From a virus, in the UHGV virus genome UHGV-0134783: DNA of 29,685 nucleotides; one strand, 5' to 3'. Both the position numbers and the translations under genes were made by a program. The notes below the pieces were generated by a model. That model made no database searches. It saw only the letters and a list, made by a program, of their open reading frames with translations, and was not told the origin of the DNA. Positions 18,524 through 26,266 of the stretch are shown piece after piece. Within the stretch, counting starts at the first letter, position 1. Each line of letters starts with the position of its first letter.

Positions 18524-18708
18524 ACCTTAAGTACTTAAGTTAACCTTAAGGTGTGAAGGCTGATGTCCCCCCTTCTTTCTTTTACCGTGTCCTTCTTCCC
18601 CCCACGGTATCCAACACTGTCCACATAGTTGAGGCTTAGCTAACCAGGATAGGGGTTGATGATCTATGCCGAGATGGTTGATCGTGTATCGGGCTCTGGG
18701 ATGCGTCT

Positions 18709-18743
18709 AGAATCGATCAGAATTGCTTGGGGGTATGAATACC
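18709..18743. promoter_or_regulatory. composite motif site B: AGAATCGATCAG (18709-18720) + TGGGGGTATGAATACC (18728-18743), upstream of the early gene block
   Basis: Shares an identical 16-mer with site A plus the 12-mer in opposite orientation. Confidence 0.4.
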
Positions 18744-18865
18744 TAGCCCCCACCCTGTAAGGCGCTCCTAGGCGTACCCCTGAAGCTTTAAACGGCATTT
18801 CTGGGCTACACCCTTCATGCCAGATTGGAAGAGTGGCCTCGAGAGTGCACACTAAGCCAGGGGGA

Positions 18866-18881
18866 TGTGATACATCTCACA
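18866..18881. promoter_or_regulatory. TGTGA-N6-TCACA palindrome (CRP/GlxR-family binding-site consensus) ~180 bp upstream of the first early gene
   Basis: TGTGATACATCTCACA has perfect 5-bp arms. A TTGACA hexamer lies at 18987-18992. Confidence 0.3.
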
Positions 18882-19059
18882 CACCTAGATGATAGATCTT
18901 ATGTCTCAGCTCGGCGCCTTGACTCGCTAGATCATCTGTCACACCCGACACACCCCATGAAACGCTCAACCGGTTTGAGCGCAACCTTGACAGTGGGTCA
19001 CAGCCCACACACTCTAGAAACCACAACAACCCCCACAACCACCGAAAGGAACATCACTC

Positions 19060-19368
19060 ATGGATGGCACACTCATCACACCATCATTCACCAGCCTCTA
19101 TGGGCAGACAGAAATCGACCCGCTCAGCCTCCACAGCCTCACCGGAAACCATTCAGACGACATCGATCTCGATATGGTGCGCCGCATGTACCACGCTAAA
19201 GTACAAGAAGCCATACGACTCATCCGACCCCTGTGGACTGTCACCCGCGACAGCGCCGTATACGGAGACTGTGACTGGCGCCACCTATCCGAGAATGAGG
19301 CCGAGGAGCTCCACGATCTCATCGACATGATCGACGTAGACGCCATCCTCGCTGAAGCTATACGATAA
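19060..19368 (+). CDS. early protein, hypothetical (paralog of next gene)
   Basis: 102 aa, acidic. SD GAAAGGAAC 8 nt upstream of the ATG. Confidence 0.7.
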   Translation: MDGTLITPSFTSLYGQTEIDPLSLHSLTGNHSDDIDLDMVRRMYHAKVQEAIRLIRPLWTVTRDSAVYGDCDWRHLSENEAEELHDLIDMIDVDAILAEAIR

Positions 19369-19399
19369 AAACCATCCACACACCAGAAAGGAACCCGTC

Positions 19400-19711
19400 A
19401 TGCAAAAGATCGCCGACCACTTCACCCAGCTCTACAGCCCCGCCAGCTACGACTGCCCTGAGCCTTTCGACCTGACACGCCTCGAAAACCTCCCCTGCGA
19501 CCACATGGATTTTGAGGGCCTCGCCGAAACCTACCGGCAGCATGTGGAAGCCGAACTTCATAAGCTACGCCCCAACACGTTCATCGCCACCGATGGCACC
19601 GTGTTCAGCCATGACGAGTGGAAGCCACTCACCAGTGAGGAAGCCACGCAACTCTACTGGAACGTGACCCGCATCAATGTTGGCCAACTCCTCACCCTGT
19701 GTGCCCGATAA
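19400..19711 (+). CDS. early protein, hypothetical (paralog of previous gene)
   Basis: 103 aa. Same CCAGAAAGGAAC ribosome-binding context. Shares FTxLY, D..D......Y...V......LRP, T.D..V....W..L[ST]..EA..L and a C-terminal L....R with the 19060 gene. Confidence 0.7.
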   Translation: MQKIADHFTQLYSPASYDCPEPFDLTRLENLPCDHMDFEGLAETYRQHVEAELHKLRPNTFIATDGTVFSHDEWKPLTSEEATQLYWNVTRINVGQLLTLCAR

Positions 19712-19732
19712 GCCCCAGTCGCACACAATGAG

Positions 19733-19754
19733 CCTAGAATCGCCTAGAAATACC
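19733..19754. promoter_or_regulatory. degenerate third copy of composite motif (CCTAGAATCG + CCTAGAAATACC) in the intergenic region before the zinc-ribbon gene; TATAAT hexamer at 19816-19821
   Basis: Shares CTAGAATCG with site B and GAA(A)TACC with the 16-mer core. Confidence 0.3.
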
Positions 19755-19838
19755 TGACCTATATAGTTGTACCCCCAAGACTCGCAAGGCGCTAAAATGG
19801 CACTACAGGAAGTCTTATAATGGAAAATAGGAGCAATC

Positions 19839-20126
19839 ATGCAATGGACATGCCACAAGTGCGATAGCACAATCATCGGATACAAGCCAGAGCACTGCAC
19901 AATCTGCCACGAAACATTCACGAGTACCACCTCAGGCGACATGCACCGGGTAGGCGACCACGGGGTCAAGACAGGCCCCAATCGCCGCAGGTGCCTCACT
20001 ATCGACGAGATGGACGCCAAGGGCATGCAGCGCAACAAACTCGGATACTGGACCAGCGGTGGCACATCCTATTGGGCGAAAGAAGCCATCACCCCTAGCC
20101 ACACAAGAAACGCTCACAACATTTGA
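19839..20126 (+). CDS. zinc-ribbon protein (C-x2-C-x11-C-x2-C), hypothetical
   Basis: 95 aa. TAGGAG SD. CHKCDS...CTICHE. Confidence 0.65.
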   Translation: MQWTCHKCDSTIIGYKPEHCTICHETFTSTTSGDMHRVGDHGVKTGPNRRRCLTIDEMDAKGMQRNKLGYWTSGGTSYWAKEAITPSHTRNAHNI

Positions 20127-20209
20127 GCGACACCTTGACACAGGCCACCGCCCACACCATGATTAATCATGTCAGCAACGAACAACACCCCGGAAAGGGG
20201 ACAACAATC

Positions 20210-20743
20210 ATGAACAAGAAAACAGGCTACACCATCGCCGGCGCCACCATCGCCATCATCGCCGCAGCCTCCTTCCTCCCGGCACCCGACGATAATCCGC
20301 CACTCGCCTCACAGCCAGCACCACAGGCCACCACAGCCAACACTGAATGGACCCCCAAAACCGTCCAACAGCGCAAAGCCGAAAAGAAAGCCCGCCAGGC
20401 AGCCGCAGTCCGCTCCCTACAAGCCGAACAGGCCAAAACCCACAAGCAAGCCCAAACACGGGGTGAAGAAACCAGCAAGGGGCTGACCATGATCACCGCG
20501 GCACACGCCTGCAATGACAAGGCTGAGCAGATGGCTGCAGCACAGGGTGTCAAATGGAACGGCAACCCCGACATCGACCTCCAACTCCACAAAATTATTG
20601 GTAAAGACACCTTCTCCATCGTCTACGGCGCAACCGTCCGCCAGCCGGGAGCATCCAAACTCCCAGTCACCGTCCACTGCCTCGTCACCGGAACAGAAGA
20701 CCACCCGCACGTCACCGACCTCAACATCAACCCGCAACAGTAA
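20210..20743 (+). CDS. membrane-anchored protein (N-terminal signal-anchor, Gln/Lys/Ala-rich coiled segment, C-terminal domain), hypothetical
   Basis: ATG at 20210 behind a GGAAAGGGGA SD. The TTG 20123 start of the ORF track has no SD. Transmembrane segment YTIAGATIAIIAAASFLPA. Confidence 0.6.
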   Translation: MNKKTGYTIAGATIAIIAAASFLPAPDDNPPLASQPAPQATTANTEWTPKTVQQRKAEKKARQAAAVRSLQAEQAKTHKQAQTRGEETSKGLTMITAAHACNDKAEQMAAAQGVKWNGNPDIDLQLHKIIGKDTFSIVYGATVRQPGASKLPVTVHCLVTGTEDHPHVTDLNINPQQ

Positions 20744-20765
20744 CCCGCCAAGGAGCATCCCCGCT

Positions 20766-20993
20766 ATGCCTCTCCTCTCCCACTACGCTGTCACCACCGG
20801 ACTCGCCGACACGGCACACATTATTCACCACACCGGCGGCACACTACGCACAGCCACCGATATTGCCTCCCGCATCAACACCCTCAACCCAGACATTGAT
20901 CTCGACCACGAAATCCACCAACTGTTATCTATCGAAACCAACCTGTACAACATTTACAAAACCATCAACACCATTCTTCAGGAGCAAGCATGA
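20766..20993 (+). CDS. hypothetical protein
   Basis: 75 aa. ATG at 20766 with an AAGGAG SD. The upstream part of the ORF overlaps the previous gene out of frame. Confidence 0.55.
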   Translation: MPLLSHYAVTTGLADTAHIIHHTGGTLRTATDIASRINTLNPDIDLDHEIHQLLSIETNLYNIYKTINTILQEQA

Positions 20994-21190
20994 ACACACC
21001 CAACAACATTGAGCTACACAGCTACGAAACGTTCTTCACCACACTGGCATGGATACAGGGCGCCATCATCACATGGATGTACGCCACCGGCACCAGCCAC
21101 AAGGCAGCTCTCGCCATTATTGCCGCATGCGCCCTCACTATCCTCCTGGGTGCCTCAACCCTCACCTACCAGCCAAAAAACCACAAATGA
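20990..21190 (+). CDS. small two-helix membrane protein
   Basis: 66 aa. ATGA overlap with the previous stop. CAGGAGCAAGC SD. Hydrophobic helices WIQGAIITWMYA and AALAIIAACALTILLGA. Confidence 0.6.
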   Translation: MNTPNNIELHSYETFFTTLAWIQGAIITWMYATGTSHKAALAIIAACALTILLGASTLTYQPKNHK

Positions 21191-21270
21191 TCACAACACC
21201 CATCCTCATCGCGGAAACCCTCGCCATCATCATTCTCGCCGTAGCACTCGCCCACAACCCCAACCAGTAA
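21187..21270 (+). CDS. 27-aa single-helix membrane micro-protein (MITTPILIAETLAIIILAVALAHNPNQ)
   Basis: ATGA overlap with the preceding gene's stop, implying translational coupling. Entirely hydrophobic core. Small size gives lower confidence. Confidence 0.4.
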   Translation: MITTPILIAETLAIIILAVALAHNPNQ

Positions 21271-21295
21271 CCCCACACGTAAGGAGCACACACCC

Positions 21296-21655
21296 ATGGA
21301 TGAGCCCACCAGCATGTACACCGACCCTGACACTGGTGCCCGAAAAGAATTGAAACTTTGCAGGCTATCCCTCATCGACCCCGCAGCCTTGCACGATCTA
21401 GGCTCCGTGGCCGGATATGGTGCCACCAAATACGGCGACAACAACTGGACCGGCGGATACCCGTGGAGCTACAGTGTCGACGCCCTCTACCGGCACCTAC
21501 TATCATGGCAGCAAGGACGCAACCTCGATGATGAATCCGGGCTACCCCACCTGGCCCATGCTGCCTGGCACTGCCTAGCACTCCTCGCATACCAGCAACA
21601 CCACGCCGGCCAAGACACCCGCAACCCATGGAACACCCACAAAGGCGACAAGTAA
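21296..21655 (+). CDS. hypothetical protein (conserved phage domain, His/Trp-rich motifs)
   Basis: 119 aa. TAAGGAGCAC SD. GATKYGDNNWTGGYPWSY...LAHAAWHCLALLAY. Confidence 0.65.
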   Translation: MDEPTSMYTDPDTGARKELKLCRLSLIDPAALHDLGSVAGYGATKYGDNNWTGGYPWSYSVDALYRHLLSWQQGRNLDDESGLPHLAHAAWHCLALLAYQQHHAGQDTRNPWNTHKGDK

Positions 21656-22602
21656 TGCCTCTAGCACAATACCCGAAAACCATCGGCCATCCAGGCCACA
21701 TCTCCTACTCATCACTGTCACAGTGGGCCGAATGCGGAGAAAAATGGCGCCTTCAACACGGCTACCATGCCCAACGCCACACCTGGTACGCCACCATCGC
21801 CGGAAGCGCCATACACCACATCACCGAACAATACGACCTACACCTGTACAATCCCGCCGAATACCCTGCACTGCCAGACAAACTCGCATCCTTCAAAAAC
21901 ATTTTCGACACCCAAGTCGCCCTCGCCGAATCCGAAGGCACAGAAATCAAACCCTCCGGCAGAATATGCAAAAACATGTGCGAGTCGGGCGGGCCACACA
22001 AGAAAGACTACGACTGGTGGATGGTTTACGGCCCCACCTTTGTGGACCGGTGGAAAACATGGAGGCGCAACCACCCAGAATACATCACCGCTGTTATTGA
22101 CGGCCAGCCAGGCATCGAATACCCGGTAGAAACCACTCTCCAAGACGGCACCCAGATCGTTGGCTACATCGACCGCGTTTTCACCGACACCGACACCGGT
22201 GAAACCTTCATCCTCGACCTCAAAACCGGACGCCTACCCGCCGACAGCATGCAGCTGCACACCTATCGGTACATGCTCAACCAACACGGCAACGATGTGA
22301 CAAAAGGCATGTTTTGGACACCCGCCACCACCAAGGGAGACGAGCAATCAGTCGAGCAGGGCACAGCAACCGAACTCATTGATCTTGACAACAACACCTA
22401 CCGGCATGTATCATCCATGTACAGTCAAGCAATGAAAGGAATCAGTCAAGGCATCTTCGTACCCCACGTCACAGCACTCTGTAAAGGCTGCCCCGTCAAG
22501 GACGCCTGCTGGGCCGTCAACGGCAAAAACTCGTACAGATACCCGGTAGAAACCACCGTACAGCCACCCCAAACAGACAATAAAGAAAAGGAAAACAAGT
22601 GA
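21655..22602 (+). CDS. Cas4/RecB-like PD-(D/E)XK exonuclease with Fe-S cysteine cluster
   Basis: ATGA overlap at the start. N-terminal Cys (WAECGEKW), catalytic motif GYIDRV...ILDLKTG, a QLHTYRY motif, and a C-terminal C-x2-C-x5-C (CKGCPVKDAC). Confidence 0.8.
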   Translation: MPLAQYPKTIGHPGHISYSSLSQWAECGEKWRLQHGYHAQRHTWYATIAGSAIHHITEQYDLHLYNPAEYPALPDKLASFKNIFDTQVALAESEGTEIKPSGRICKNMCESGGPHKKDYDWWMVYGPTFVDRWKTWRRNHPEYITAVIDGQPGIEYPVETTLQDGTQIVGYIDRVFTDTDTGETFILDLKTGRLPADSMQLHTYRYMLNQHGNDVTKGMFWTPATTKGDEQSVEQGTATELIDLDNNTYRHVSSMYSQAMKGISQGIFVPHVTALCKGCPVKDACWAVNGKNSYRYPVETTVQPPQTDNKEKENK

Positions 22603-23009
22603 CAGAAGAGCACACCACAGACAATGATCGACTCACTATCACACTCAAATATGGTGGAGACTATGCTGCACCATGGACCGTCATTAGGGGAGACACAGCA
22701 GAGCAGACAAAACAGGCCATCATCGACCTGCTAGGAGGATTGAAAGACGAAACCGTATCGAAAGACTGGGATCTTGCAACACTCGTAGCGAGCGCATCCA
22801 TCATCCTCCAAGACCGATACAATCATGCCACCAAAGACTACGTAAACAAAATCGCCAATCAGGAAAACGACATCATCATTGACCGGATCAACAAAGCCAC
22901 CAGCAAAGCACAGCTAGCAGACCTTCTAAAACAGTACAAAAAGATCATCACCAGCAATAGCGACGTGTCAGAGGCTTTCCGCACTAAACGAAACAGCCTC
23001 ACCCGATAA
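22599..23009 (+). CDS. hypothetical protein
   Basis: 136 aa. GTGA overlap start with an AAGGAAAACAA SD. Confidence 0.55.
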   Translation: MTEEHTTDNDRLTITLKYGGDYAAPWTVIRGDTAEQTKQAIIDLLGGLKDETVSKDWDLATLVASASIILQDRYNHATKDYVNKIANQENDIIIDRINKATSKAQLADLLKQYKKIITSNSDVSEAFRTKRNSLTR

Positions 23010-23059
23010 ACCAATATAAGCCAACAATAACAGACACAACAGTAAAGGATAACACCATT

Positions 23060-23524
23060 ATGGGACTCGCCAACTACCGCAACAGCAATAACAGCACCTT
23101 CTTCAATCCGTCCAAAAACCAGGACGCCACCGCCATCGCCTTCAAAGTGCACGACGTGGAACACAACACTGAAGGCTACGGTGGACAGACCGCAGACCGC
23201 ATCTACGCTGATGTCACAATCTTCCACACCCTAGACGATCTCAACAACGGTACCCCAGAAACCATCCCCAACGCTATTATTGAGAAAGCCCGCGGCAACA
23301 ACGACCGCCCACACTCCATGATCCGCGAACTCGAAGCATACCTTGGCGAGGAGCAAGCATTCAAACTCGCCACAGTGCGCACCAAAAACGGGTTCAACGC
23401 CGTCATCCTCAAACCATTGGACGACGCCATCTACGATAAGGTTGCCGAATACGTAGACAAGCGCGATAACGGCCAGCTAGACGACACCACAGCCTCTACT
23501 GACATCGATATCGACTCCATCTGA
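23060..23524 (+). CDS. hypothetical acidic protein
   Basis: 154 aa. AAAGGATAACACC SD. Confidence 0.65.
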   Translation: MGLANYRNSNNSTFFNPSKNQDATAIAFKVHDVEHNTEGYGGQTADRIYADVTIFHTLDDLNNGTPETIPNAIIEKARGNNDRPHSMIRELEAYLGEEQAFKLATVRTKNGFNAVILKPLDDAIYDKVAEYVDKRDNGQLDDTTASTDIDIDSI

Positions 23525-23570
23525 CCACCAAAACATCATCCAACCGATAGACAGATAGATTAAGGCTCCG

Positions 23571-24434
23571 ATGCTCTCTCTACAACGATCCTTCGAGAGG
23601 GCCTCCCAAACAGCCGCCGAGCTGCCCCGCATACCCCAGCTAGAACCCCTCTACCGCAACCTGGACATGCACATCCACAAAGGGGATTTGGTGATGATTG
23701 CGGGGCGCTCCGGCAGCCAAAAATCCGGGCTAGCAATGTTCATCACAGCAATGCTCAACCAGCCCGCCCTCTACATATCAGGGGACATGACACCCTGGGA
23801 GGCCTCCACACGAATCATCTCCCTCAACACCCAACACACCACCCAGCAAATACAACAAAACATCGACGACTACGGGCCAGAATACTATCGAGACAGCATC
23901 CACCACGGCGGACACATCACATTCTCATTCCAGTCGCCCATCACATGGACAGACATCACCATGGAATTGCAAGCCTACATGGAAATGTGGAACACCTTCC
24001 CACCACTCATTGTTATCGACAACCTGATGGACATTCAAGACTGCGAATCAGACTACCAGGCCCAGCAAGAAGCCATGCAATGGATCACAGCATTGGGTAG
24101 GGATACTGGCTCCACTATTATTGTCACACACCACGCAACCGACAAAACCGGAACCGACATCGAACACCCGCCAGCACGCAGGGAAATCAAAAACGGGCTC
24201 TCCGAAAAACCACAACTCATCCTCGGAGTCTCATTGTATGGTGGCGAGGATAATGGCAACGGGCTCACTATAACGGCAGAGGCTCGCATCGCCGTGCTCA
24301 AACAGCGCACCGGCAAATCCAGCCCCGACGGCACCCGATACGAGCGGCTACGAGCCTACCCCGAATACACATTCTTCGGACCCCTCGTCGAAAAACAGCC
24401 ATGGAACATGACCACAACACACAAAGGACTATGA
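23571..24434 (+). CDS. DnaB-like replicative helicase (C-terminal RecA-fold ATPase domain only)
   Basis: Walker A GDLVMIAGRSGSQKSG. Walker B LIVIDNLMD. 287 aa. Confidence 0.8.
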   Translation: MLSLQRSFERASQTAAELPRIPQLEPLYRNLDMHIHKGDLVMIAGRSGSQKSGLAMFITAMLNQPALYISGDMTPWEASTRIISLNTQHTTQQIQQNIDDYGPEYYRDSIHHGGHITFSFQSPITWTDITMELQAYMEMWNTFPPLIVIDNLMDIQDCESDYQAQQEAMQWITALGRDTGSTIIVTHHATDKTGTDIEHPPARREIKNGLSEKPQLILGVSLYGGEDNGNGLTITAEARIAVLKQRTGKSSPDGTRYERLRAYPEYTFFGPLVEKQPWNMTTTHKGL

Positions 24435-24790
24435 TGGCTTCACAGCAGGCACGCAACCGGCGGGCCGGAGCCGAATGGGAAACAAGACTCCTCCACCAGC
24501 TACGCAACACCGGTTACGACATCGAACGCCTCCACCTCAACGGTCAAGAGGACGAGGGAGACCTGATCCTCAAAACCGGCAACAAAACCTATGTGATCGA
24601 AGCCAAAGCCGGACAGCCACACCTAGCCCAATTCGTGAAACAAGCCAGCCGGGAGGCACGCAACTACGAAACACACCGAAACAAACAAAACAATTCCACC
24701 ATCGGACTCGTAGTGATGAAACAGCGCAACAAGCCATGGAGCGAAGCCTATGTGGTATCAACCCTCAACGAGCTCCTCCCACACCTCTGA
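24431..24790 (+). CDS. Holliday-junction resolvase-like PD-(D/E)XK nuclease (Hjc-like)
   Basis: ATGA overlap. GAEWETRLL..L...GYDIERL....EDEGDLILK...KTYVIEAKAG matches the E-D-ExK pattern. Confidence 0.7.
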   Translation: MMASQQARNRRAGAEWETRLLHQLRNTGYDIERLHLNGQEDEGDLILKTGNKTYVIEAKAGQPHLAQFVKQASREARNYETHRNKQNNSTIGLVVMKQRNKPWSEAYVVSTLNELLPHL

Positions 24791-25151
24791 CACCTGCCGC
24801 CTCCTCGACACCTACCGGATACGGTACAATCCGTCCCGAAACGAGCAACACATCCTCTGCCCGTTCCACGACGACCACCAGCCCTCCATGAGCATCAACC
24901 TCGACAAGGGCGTCTGGTACTGCCACACATGCGGTGTCGGAGGCGGACTCGCCAAACTACAACAACGATTAGAAGAAGAAAACCCGAATGTACGACAGCA
25001 TACGCCCATACAACATTGCGGAACGCCGCCGAATCCAGAAAGCCTCGGCCCTCTACGAAACCCACCTCGAAAACATACTCGACCTCCTCTCAGCAAGAGG
25101 CATCAGCGAAGAAACAGCCCGCTACCACCACCTTGGATACATCGACAATGA
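24750..25151 (+). CDS. DNA primase N-terminal zinc-binding (CHC2) module; ORF continues out of frame over primase core
   Basis: CPFHDDHQPSMSINLDKGVWYCHTCGVGG. GGAGCGAAG SD. After about residue 80 the ORF becomes Pro/Arg-rich junk that overlaps the next gene. Confidence 0.6.
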   Translation: MWYQPSTSSSHTSDTCRLLDTYRIRYNPSRNEQHILCPFHDDHQPSMSINLDKGVWYCHTCGVGGGLAKLQQRLEEENPNVRQHTPIQHCGTPPNPESLGPLRNPPRKHTRPPLSKRHQRRNSPLPPPWIHRQ

Positions 25152-25659
25152 CCCCATACCCGGCCACGAAAACTACAACCAGTGCATCACCATCCCATAC
25201 ATGTACCCCGTTTGGGGTGGCCCAGCCGAAATACGAAAAATGCGTTTCCGCTGCTCACTCCCGCACGACTGCAAAACCCACAACCACCCCAAATACCTAA
25301 CCCCGGCAGGAGACACAGGCTCCATCTACAACATGGCCGCCATGGCCAACCCGCAAACAGACATGCATATTTGCGAAGGCGAATTCGACTCCATGATCCT
25401 CGAACAATGCGGATGGTCGGCCGTAGCACTACCCGGCGCAACCTCGTGGCAAACTTTTTGGACCAAATTCTTCGAAGGCTACGACCACATCTACATATGG
25501 TCCGACCCAGACAAGGCGGGCCACCAGATGGCCCAAACCCTCCAGGCAGCACTCCCCCAAGCCACCCACGTACCCCTCACTGTCGGTGACGTCACAGACA
25601 CCTACCTGCAGGCCGGAAAAACAGGGTTGACACAAGCACTAGACACTGTGCTACAGTAA
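24988..25659 (+). CDS. DNA primase catalytic core (TOPRIM, DnaG-like)
   Basis: ICEGEFDSM and DPDKAG TOPRIM motifs. The frame opens at 24973, one nt out of phase with the zinc-finger ORF. Confidence 0.75.
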   Translation: MYDSIRPYNIAERRRIQKASALYETHLENILDLLSARGISEETARYHHLGYIDNDPIPGHENYNQCITIPYMYPVWGGPAEIRKMRFRCSLPHDCKTHNHPKYLTPAGDTGSIYNMAAMANPQTDMHICEGEFDSMILEQCGWSAVALPGATSWQTFWTKFFEGYDHIYIWSDPDKAGHQMAQTLQAALPQATHVPLTVGDVTDTYLQAGKTGLTQALDTVLQ

Positions 25660-25702
25660 AACACGTCAACAACACGAAACCAGAAAGGTACACTAAAACA
25701 TC

Positions 25703-26266
25703 ATGGATCCCCTCGACACGTGCCCCATCCCCCACCGGCGCAACACCAGCCAGGCAGCCAGGAGGCGTATCCGCCTCGCCATCTGTGCAGAAAAATGGGC
25801 TGATGGTGAAGACCCCACCTACATCATGCACACCTGGGGCACCACCTACGACGGGATGCGATCCATGATCCGCGCCAACCCCGACATTAAACTACCCGAC
25901 GACATGGCCAAACGGTTACACAAAGTATGCCGGGAAGCCTACCCCAAAAACCAGCCCAACAGGCACCGAAGCGGATGGGACCAATACGAGAAAAACTACT
26001 ATACCCACGAAATCCTCTTCCTTGACCAATTCAACATCCCAGCCATAGAAATATTGGACCGGCTAGACGTGTCATGGACAATGTGGAAACAAATCATCAC
26101 CGAAAACCATCTCACACGGCTCCAAGACGAAACCTACAATGCGTGCCACTGGCACTATCTGAAACAGCAACACCCCGACTGGACTGACCAACAAATCACA
26201 CAAGCCCAACACGCCGGGAACAACACCTTCAACCAGTTCATACAAGACGACAGGCCAGCATTGTGA
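25703..26266 (+). CDS. hypothetical protein (basic N-terminus, possible DNA binding)
   Basis: 187 aa. CCAGAAAGGTAC SD context shared with the gene at 19400. Confidence 0.65.
   Translation: MDPLDTCPIPHRRNTSQAARRRIRLAICAEKWADGEDPTYIMHTWGTTYDGMRSMIRANPDIKLPDDMAKRLHKVCREAYPKNQPNRHRSGWDQYEKNYYTHEILFLDQFNIPAIEILDRLDVSWTMWKQIITENHLTRLQDETYNACHWHYLKQQHPDWTDQQITQAQHAGNNTFNQFIQDDRPAL

Noticed and set aside
17050-19199. Short ORFs in the noncoding region (17050..17262 -, 17079..17300 -, 17166..17375 +, 17384..17608 -, 18034..18216 -, 18664..18852 -, 18825..19199 +) and micro-ORFs after CTGATG
   Set aside because: No Shine-Dalgarno sequences. Composition driven by repeats. 18825..19199 overlaps the well-supported 19060 gene out of frame.
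20123-20209. Upstream TTG (20123) or ATG (20159) starts for the membrane protein gene
   Set aside because: No ribosome-binding site. The ATG at 20210 has GGAAAGGGGA 7 nt upstream and begins exactly at the signal-anchor.
24929-25300. ORF 24929..25300 (+) and minus-strand ORFs 24812..25096, 25187..25552 within the primase region
   Set aside because: Third-frame or antisense shadows of the primase gene with low-complexity translations.
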